Source: an uncultured Clostridia bacterium (GTDB lineage: Bacteria > Bacillota > Clostridia > Christensenellales > Aristaeellaceae). From it: a stretch of 17,561 bases of DNA. Below the pieces are notes generated by a model. That model searched no databases, was not told the DNA's origin, and worked only from the letters and a program-made list of their open reading frames with translations. Below are positions 1 through 7,564 of the stretch, piece after piece. The stretch covers positions 1 through 17,561 of the forward strand of contig CAKUFG010000038.1 in the NCBI GenBank assembly GCA_934647235.1, written 5' to 3'. The translations under genes and the position numbers were made by a program. The first letter of the stretch is position 1; each line of letters begins with the position of its first letter.

Positions 1-239
1 ATACCGGAGCAGCCGATGGTTTCCACCAGGGCTTCTTCGATCACGCCGTTTTTGACGTTCAGGGTCAGCTTGCAGGCGCCCTGCTGAGGAGCGCACCAGC
101 CAACGCCATGGGTATAGCCGGAAATATCGCTGATTTCCTTGGCCTGAATCCACTTGCCCTCTTCAGGGATGGGGGCGGGGCCATGGTTGGGGCCCTTCAT
201 CACGCATACCATTTCTTCGACTTCGCGAGAGTATTGCAT
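1..239 (-). CDS. NifU/IscU-like Fe-S cluster scaffold-domain protein, N-terminal 79 codons (3' end runs off the window)
   Basis: ATG at 239-237 lies 9 nt downstream of AAGGAGG (rc of 249-255). My translation is MQYSREVEEMVCVMKGPNHGPAPIPEEGKWIQAKEISDISGYTHGVGWCAPQQGACKLTLNVKNGVIEEALVETIGCSG. The Cys-containing motifs (GWCAPQQGAC, TIGCSG) resemble clostridial NifU-like scaffold proteins I recall. The ORF is absent from the track because it is truncated. Confidence 0.5.
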   Translation of the reverse strand, partial: MQYSREVEEMVCVMKGPNHGPAPIPEEGKWIQAKEISDISGYTHGVGWCAPQQGACKLTLNVKNGVIEEALVETIGCSG

Positions 240-284
240 GAAATGATTCCTCCTTCGGAATGAGTTGTGAACTTCCACCGGGTC

Positions 285-293
285 ATTATAGCA
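285..293 (-). promoter_or_regulatory. Extended -10 promoter (TGcTATAAT) for the NifU-like gene
   Basis: rc of 285-293 reads TGCTATAAT, about 45 nt upstream of the ATG at 239. No good -35 is present, which is acceptable for extended -10 promoters. Confidence 0.35.
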
Positions 294-344
294 TATTTCG
301 CGTCATAAAAAAAGGGGATATAGAAATTTATTCCCGTGTTATCG

Positions 345-388
345 ATTAAAAAAGCACCGCCTGCTTTTTTATTCCGCAAACGGTGCTT
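345..388 (-). terminator. Probable intrinsic terminator downstream of the GT-C gene
   Basis: On the minus strand AAGCACCG (rc of 381-388) pairs with CGGTGCTT (rc of 352-359) and is followed by TTTTTTAA. It sits 12 nt after the stop at 400-402. The 21-nt loop is large, so confidence is moderate. Confidence 0.4.
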
Positions 389-399
389 ATTTGAGCTGA

Positions 400-2517
400 T
401 TATTTTGTTGTATAAGAATTAATTATCAATTCTTCCGTTGAGACAATTGTAAATTTCCAAAACTCATTCTCTGTAAACGGCAAAGTAATTTCGTAGGTTT
501 GGCTTTGTCTTGTAGCCATAACTGTTTTAGACTCATTTCCAGCAGCAAAAGTTACCTCACAGCTATCCGCGGTGCTGCATCGCAGCGTAATTGTCAGCGT
601 TACTTCTCCTTTTTCCAGTATTCCTTTGTCAAATATCAGCAAAGAGCAAATATCGCCTTTACGAAGATAATAGGCATCTAAGCTTGCCAAAGCAGATTTC
701 AAGAATGGTTTTCCAGGTTCTATTTTTGCAACTGTATAATAGCCATTCTTCGTTTTATTCAAAACTACATTCGATGCGAATTCTACGTTTTCCGCTACAG
801 CAACGTCAAATACCAATGTATCCGTATCAATCAGCGGCAAATTCTCTGTATTAGGCGCTTGCACTAACGGCGTAAATGACGTATATACGCCGTTAGTTTC
901 AACCGCGTTTAAAAGCAGATTATTCACCACTACCATCTGTGCTGGCCGATGCAAATGTGTATCCAAAAGATAACCGCGGAAATCGTCATATAGATTATTA
1001 GTTACGATTACCACATCTTGATCTGCAATGATTTGCGCAATTTCCTGCGCATCCTGCTCTACTTCCCTTTCCGCTTGCCTCCGATTTGAATAGGTCATGC
1101 CACCGTTGATTAAGAATGAGGCAGCACATACTATGCAGGCCATTTTTTGCAGTTTCGCATTCCATCCCTTTTTGTATACAGTATACAAATAATAAACAGT
1201 AGCCAAAGACAGAATGCAAATCATCAGCGTCCCCAGCGTTTTGCCGGCGCGTTTTCCATAATAAGCATTGAGCGACGGCGCAGCAAAAATTCCATTGTCT
1301 GGAACCATATGAAAAGGACTGGGGAAAATAAAGAATGCTGCAAAAAAGGCCATTACAATAACCCACGTTTTGCTTGGGCGAACCCCTTTAAGCCGATCAT
1401 CCAACAATAAAACCGTCATCAACGGGAAATAATACATCAGATAACGCAAATGCACCGCCGAAGTTCCTAAAGATCCCGTAAAATTAAACGGAACAATCAA
1501 AATTGCAATGCCAACACAACTGCTTATTATTGCTACGACCAGTGTTTCCAATAACGTTTGCTGCTGACCCGGCAGCTTTTTCCTGCCAATCAGCGGCATG
1601 AGCACATATACGCCGCCGGTTCCAAATACAATCGCCGCAATATGAAACACAAAGCCCTGCGCCATGATGCCAGTATTGCGCCAATCCAACGTAGGAATTT
1701 GCTTTTCGTATAGATTCATCACGCTTGCAGCGCCAAAAAGCATATGATATGCAGCATATCCTACGCCAATGACCGTCCCAACTGCAGCAAGCCCCAGAAT
1801 GCTCCATTGAATGGCAGCACGCTCTTTTCTTTTGCACCCATTCAGCAGCAATACCAGCAAGAAACACACACCAAAGATAATACATACTGGTTTGATAAAA
1901 TATAGCAAACCCGTGAGCATGCCAAGCGCAACATAACGGCTGCCCTTTTGCTGCTGCGCACAAATATCTACCGCAAGCACAAAATTCCACATCATCAAAG
2001 GGTACAGCAAAGCTTCTGCTGTAAGATGCGTGGATAAACAGGTTTCAGGAATGAGCAATGTCAAAAGAACAACAACCCATATACCTGTTTTGCTCAATCC
2101 CATTTTCTTGCCAATTAGATATGCAGGGAATACCGAAGATGCCATCATCAACGCATTGTATAGCTGTATGGCACGATACAAGTTAACTCCTGCAGGCAAC
2201 GCAAACAATGGCAATAGCACCATTGGGTATAGCAAATACACATACTGTACCGGCTGCGCACGAAACATTACCTTTCCATTCGTGTATATATTGCGAGCCA
2301 GGTTAATGTATAATCCTTCATCAATATATACAGTTGGATTTGTAGAAGTCAGATAACTCAGTCCAAAGCGAATACCAGCTGTCAGCAAAAATAGCAATGG
2401 TAATAACACCTTTGGCTGCAACGCCAAAGAATATCTCGTTTTAGACCTCTTTCTCGCTTTTGTGCTCAGGCTTATGCTTGGCAAAGTATATTCATTCCTT
2501 TCGACCATTATTTCCAT
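400..2517 (-). CDS. GT-C fold, polyprenol-phosphate-sugar-dependent membrane glycosyltransferase (PMT_2/ArnT-like) with a ~230-aa soluble C-terminal domain
   Basis: The track gives a 721-codon ORF. Many hydrophobic helices cover the first ~470 aa. The first extracytoplasmic loop carries YIDEGLYINLARNIYTNG, the DE..Y...A motif typical of PMT_2/ArnT-type enzymes. I moved the start to ATG 2517 (MEIMVERNEY) because a near-consensus promoter lies inside the first 16 track codons. ATG 2508 is equally possible. Confidence 0.6.
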   Translation of the reverse strand: MEIMVERNEYTLPSISLSTKARKRSKTRYSLALQPKVLLPLLFLLTAGIRFGLSYLTSTNPTVYIDEGLYINLARNIYTNGKVMFRAQPVQYVYLLYPMVLLPLFALPAGVNLYRAIQLYNALMMASSVFPAYLIGKKMGLSKTGIWVVVLLTLLIPETCLSTHLTAEALLYPLMMWNFVLAVDICAQQQKGSRYVALGMLTGLLYFIKPVCIIFGVCFLLVLLLNGCKRKERAAIQWSILGLAAVGTVIGVGYAAYHMLFGAASVMNLYEKQIPTLDWRNTGIMAQGFVFHIAAIVFGTGGVYVLMPLIGRKKLPGQQQTLLETLVVAIISSCVGIAILIVPFNFTGSLGTSAVHLRYLMYYFPLMTVLLLDDRLKGVRPSKTWVIVMAFFAAFFIFPSPFHMVPDNGIFAAPSLNAYYGKRAGKTLGTLMICILSLATVYYLYTVYKKGWNAKLQKMACIVCAASFLINGGMTYSNRRQAEREVEQDAQEIAQIIADQDVVIVTNNLYDDFRGYLLDTHLHRPAQMVVVNNLLLNAVETNGVYTSFTPLVQAPNTENLPLIDTDTLVFDVAVAENVEFASNVVLNKTKNGYYTVAKIEPGKPFLKSALASLDAYYLRKGDICSLLIFDKGILEKGEVTLTITLRCSTADSCEVTFAAGNESKTVMATRQSQTYEITLPFTENEFWKFTIVSTEELIINSYTTK

Positions 2518-2521
2518 TTTT

Positions 2522-2549
2522 ATTATAGCGTTTATCTGGTATATGTCAA
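2522..2549 (-). promoter_or_regulatory. Near-consensus sigma-70/SigA promoter, TTGACA-16 nt-TATAAT
   Basis: rc of 2544-2549 is TTGACA and rc of 2522-2527 is TATAAT. The spacer is tataccagataaacgc (16 nt). The -10 ends 4 nt before ATG 2517. Confidence 0.55.
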
Positions 2550-2608
2550 TATTTAGGCATATCATCCTGTCATATAAGTACTTTTTATTGAAATACCCGC
2601 AGTGTCTC

Positions 2609-2637
2609 TTGAGATTTTAACCAATTAATGATATGAT
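2609..2637 (+). promoter_or_regulatory. Promoter for the GT2-GtrA/lepA/prfA transcription unit, TTGAGA-17 nt-TATGAT with a TGn extension
   Basis: TTGAGA at 2609-2614, a 17-nt spacer, TATGAT at 2632-2637, preceded by TGa at 2629-2631. It is back-to-back with the divergent minus-strand promoter. Confidence 0.5.
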
Positions 2638-2699
2638 ATAAAAGTTGAGGATTGCTCATTTTTACGCACTCAGAAAAAGCAAGGAGAATGGATTGCGCT

Positions 2700-3835
2700 A
2701 TGCAGGCAAAGCAACTATGCGTTCTGATTCCCTCCCTGGAGCCGGACGAGCGGCTTCCTGTTTATGTAGACGCGCTGCTGGCGGCGGATTTTGGGCAGAT
2801 CGTCATCGTCAACGACGGTTCCTCCGCCCAGTACGATGCGATTTTTGATTCGCTCGCCGCGCGGGAGCGCTGCGTGGTGCTCAAGCACGAGGTCAACCGC
2901 GGCAAGGGCCAGGCGCTGCGCACAGGCGTTGCCTATATCCGCGACCATACCGCCTTTTCAGGCGTGATCACCGCCGACGCGGACGGGCAGCATACGGTGC
3001 ACGATACCCTGCTGCTGGCCGACGCGATGGACGAAAAAAAGCCCGAACTGCTGCTGGGCTCGCGCGATTTTTCGCACAAGAACAAAAACATCCCCGGCCG
3101 CTCCCGCTTTGGCAATCGCGCCACCAGCACGGTATTCGCCCTGCTGTACGGACACTGGCTGCCCGATACGCAGACCGGCCTGCGCGCCGTCAGCCGCGCG
3201 TGCTTTGACGACCTGCTGGCCATCACGGGCGATCGCTTTGAGTATGAAATGAACATGCTCATCTATTTCTCCATCCACAAGATTCCCTTCAAGATCATCC
3301 CCATCGAAACCATTTATCTGGAAGAAAACAAGTCCTCGCACTTCCATCCCCTGCGCGATTCGTGGCGCATCTATAAGCTGCTGCTGGGCTCTTTTCTGCG
3401 CTTTTCGGCTGCGGCCATCGTATCCCTGCTGGTGGATTATGCCGTGTTGAGCCTGCTGATGCTGCTCTGGCACGATATGGATACGATCGTGCTCCCCGTT
3501 TTCGGGCTGCTTTTCAGCGCCAAGGCGCTCATTGCCACGCCCATTGCCCGCCTGTGCTCGGCCCCATGCAATTTCCTGCTGAACAAGAATTTCTCCTTTA
3601 AGGTAAAGGAAAGCCAAGGCGCAGCATGGCGCTATGCCGCGCTTGCCTTGGGCGTGCTGATCGTCACGACCTTGCTCTTTGGCTGGCTGAACCACTTTAT
3701 CCCCGCGCATCATGAGGGGCTGAGCCTGCTGCTCAAGGGCGCCATTGATATTGTGCTCTACTTTGTCAATTACCGCATTCAGCGCAACTGGGTATTCAAG
3801 GAAAAATCCCGCAAAAACGAAACGGAGTGTGCCTG

Positions 3836-3836
<1 letters not shown>
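2700..3836 (+). CDS. Bifunctional family-2 glycosyltransferase (GtrB/CsbB-like polyprenol-phosphate sugar synthase) fused to a GtrA-family membrane domain
   Basis: GT2 motifs are [23 protein letters not shown] and ITADADGQH. Hydrophobic helices follow, carrying [11 protein letters not shown] and [14 protein letters not shown] (GtrA-type signature). AAGGAG lies at 2681-2686. ATG 2700 (13-nt spacing) is preferred over ATG 2688 (1-nt spacing) and over the track TTG at 2652. Confidence 0.8.
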
Positions 3837-5641
<1,805 letters not shown>

Positions 5642-5655
5642 AAGCAATTAACTGC

Positions 5656-6726
5656 ATGGACGCTAAATATCTGGAAAAATTTGATTGGATGGCCCGGCGG
5701 CTGGAGGAGCTTTCCATCGCCGTGGCGCAGCCGGATATCATTGCCGATCTGCCGCGCTGGCAGTCGCTTCTGAGGGAGCGCGCCGCGCTGGAGCCGGCTG
5801 TTTCGGCGTACCGTGATTATCAGAAGCTGACGGGCGAGATTGCCGATGCGCGCGAATTATCCGAGGATCCGGAGCTTGGCGAGACCGCCCGTGAGGAGCT
5901 GAAGCGCCTGGAAGCGCAGGTTCCGCCGCTGGAGCAGGCGCTTTTGCTGCACCTGATTCCCCGCGATCCGGACGATGACCGCAACGTCATCCTGGAGGTG
6001 CGCGCGGGTGCGGGCGGTGATGAAGCCAGCCTGTTCGCCGCCATGCTGGTGCGCATGTATCTGCGCTATGCCGAGCGGCATGGGCTGACCGCCGCCGTGC
6101 TCAGCGTAAACGATACCGAAATCGGCGGGGTCAAGGAGGCCGTGCTCTCAGTCACCGGACGCGGCGCGTTCAGCCGCCTCAAATATGAAAGCGGCGTGCA
6201 CCGCATCCAGCGCGTGCCCGTCACCGAAGCCAACGGCAAAAAGCAAACCTCCACCGCCACCGTGGCCGTGCTGCCTGAAATGGAGGATGTGGAGGTCGAT
6301 ATCAAGCCCGACGATCTGCGCATTGATACCTACCGCGCCTCGGGCCACGGCGGGCAGTACATCAACCGCACGGACAGCGCTGTGCGCATCACCCATCTGC
6401 CCACCGGCCTGGTCGTTACCTGCCAGGATGAAAAGAGCCAGCTCAAGAACCGCGAGCAGGCCATGAAGGTGCTCAAGAGCCGCCTGTACGATCTGTACCG
6501 CACCAAGGCGGACAGCGAGTATGCCAGCAACCGCCGCGCGCAGGTGGGTACGGGCGAGCGCAACGAGCGCATCCGCACCTACAATTTCAACGAGGGCCGC
6601 GTGACCGATCACCGAATCGGGCTGACCCTGTATCGCGTGGACGCCATTGTGGACGGCGATCTGGACGAGATTATCGACGCGCTGACGCTGGACGAGCAGG
6701 CGCGCAGGCTACGGGAGCTGCGTTAA
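5656..6726 (+). CDS. prfA: Peptide chain release factor 1
   Basis: The RF1-type tripeptide anticodon PVT (RVPVTEANGK) and the GGQ motif (SGHGGQYINRTDSAVRITHLPTG) are both present. The ORF is 356 aa. No clear SD precedes ATG 5656, so ATG 5689 (MARRLEEL) is an alternative start. Confidence 0.9.
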   Translation: MDAKYLEKFDWMARRLEELSIAVAQPDIIADLPRWQSLLRERAALEPAVSAYRDYQKLTGEIADARELSEDPELGETAREELKRLEAQVPPLEQALLLHLIPRDPDDDRNVILEVRAGAGGDEASLFAAMLVRMYLRYAERHGLTAAVLSVNDTEIGGVKEAVLSVTGRGAFSRLKYESGVHRIQRVPVTEANGKKQTSTATVAVLPEMEDVEVDIKPDDLRIDTYRASGHGGQYINRTDSAVRITHLPTGLVVTCQDEKSQLKNREQAMKVLKSRLYDLYRTKADSEYASNRRAQVGTGERNERIRTYNFNEGRVTDHRIGLTLYRVDAIVDGDLDEIIDALTLDEQARRLRELR

Positions 6727-6785
6727 AGCCAGGCTCCCGCTTTAGACGCTTTGGGGGAGACGGGGGAACCGGAACGAGGGAAAAC

Positions 6786-6812
6786 GGTACTTTCTTGAGT
6801 CAAGAAAGTACC
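6786..6812. repeat. 27-nt perfect palindrome (13-bp stem), outer hairpin of the left arm
   Basis: GGTACTTTCTTGA g TCAAGAAAGTACC. On the minus strand it is followed by GTTTTCC. Confidence 0.85.
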
Positions 6813-7464
6813 AAAGAACCTGTGTTGTGGACGGGAAAGCTGCTGGTTTTAAGCTGGGAGTGGCCCTGGCCACCCGTGGCAGGGAAAATTCGCGTGTCCG
6901 GATCGGCGCAAGCGCCATCCGTCCCCTTGAATATTTCCCCTTTGGTCTGGCTTCGCCAGCCCTGCGCCGATTGCATCGGCGTGCCACGGGGGCGATGGTT
7001 GTACGCATTTGTCATTCGTAGCTATTTGCGATTGTTGGATAGAGCGGCCATCAAAAGGCTTCTCCTTGAGGAGAGGCTCCGCCGCAGGCGGTGGTGAGGT
7101 GTAGGCCATGCAATGGCCGTTAGCAAAGCTATATAATAGAGGTAACGCCGCTGCGGCGGCTACACCTCATCCGCTTCACTGCGTTCAGCACCTTCCCCTC
7201 CGAGGGGAAGGCTTGGGTGGATGGTCTTGCCGACTGCTGCCAATCGCTACGTTTGTTTTTCGTATCCAACTATGCCCCGTGGCACGCTGATCGCAGATCA
7301 GCGCAGGGCGTGCGCAGCACGATCATGGGGGAAAGCAGGAAACGAACGGAGGAAAGCTTGCTTTCATCCGGGCGGTTCAGGCTTTCACCTGCCACGGTGG
7401 CGGGCGGCAGTGCCGCCTTCCAATTTTATTCCAGCAGCTTTTTTGTCCACAATACCGGTTCTTT

Positions 7465-7491
7465 GTTACTTTCTTCACTGAAGAAAGTAAC
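7465..7491. repeat. 27-nt perfect palindrome (13-bp stem), outer hairpin of the right arm; terminator/attenuator-like on the + strand
   Basis: GTTACTTTCTTCA c TGAAGAAAGTAAC, followed by gTCTTTTCC. It lies 62 nt upstream of the topB SD. Confidence 0.85.
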
Positions 7492-7564
7492 GTCTTTTCC
7501 GTCTCCCTCGTCCCCCCGCGCCATTGAGCGCATTGCCTGTATTATTGAATGCCGAGGTGAAGCC

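Larger units (their letters stand above)
6752..7518. repeat. Large diverged palindrome: two inverted ~370-bp copies (about 6752-7118 and 7148-7518) of a hairpin-rich non-coding element
   Basis: rc(6786-6846) matches 7431-7491 at 52 of 61 positions. rc(6961-7000) aligns with 7268-7307 with a few small indels. Homologous blocks continue across both arms, and the symmetry centre lies near 7132-7138. Confidence 0.8.

Noticed and set aside
295-2680. Calling the AT-rich islands (this one and 15246-16380) mobile elements.
   Set aside because: I could find no transposase, integrase, terminal inverted repeats, target-site duplications or tRNA attachment site. Only the compositional evidence exists, so they are reported as probable horizontal acquisitions and not as mobile_element features.
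2652-2699. The track start (TTG 2652), and ATG 2688, for the GT2-GtrA gene.
   Set aside because: TTG 2652 lies about 8 nt after the predicted TSS with no SD. ATG 2688 is only 1 nt from AAGGAG. ATG 2700 yields a typical GT2 N-terminus ([12 protein letters not shown]). The call is uncertain by 4-16 codons only.
5642-6726. prfA lacks the usual downstream prmC (hemK) and has no obvious SD. I considered whether this signals something unusual about termination or the genetic code.
   Set aside because: The RF1 motifs (PVT, GGQ) are intact, and all genes in the window end with standard stops in sensible places. prmC can be encoded elsewhere in the genome. There is no evidence of recoding.
6742-7491. 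The idea that the two palindrome arms encode homologous small proteins. The peptides ...SAQGWRSQTKGE...PATGG...VHNTGSLVLS (minus strand, 6800-7015) and ...SAQGVRSTIMGE...PATVAGG...VHNTGSLLLSS (plus strand) look alike.
   Set aside because: The similarity simply reflects the DNA repeat. The symmetric 2-nt difference in the inner hairpin (6965-6981 versus 7285-7303) shifts the frame upstream of SAQG. The left copy terminates at a TGA inside the outer hairpin. Neither copy has an SD or a sensible start, and the substitutions are compensatory in stems rather than concentrated at third positions. ORFs 6795-7097, 6827-7021, 6849-7109, 7108-7290 and 7221-7481 are dismissed for the same reason.
7217-7564. 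A 116-codon in-frame N-terminal extension of topB, as given in the ORF track.
   Set aside because: The extension runs through the right arm of the palindrome and has no SD. Canonical TopB begins at MIVVVAEKPS, which here has GAGGTGA 4 nt upstream.
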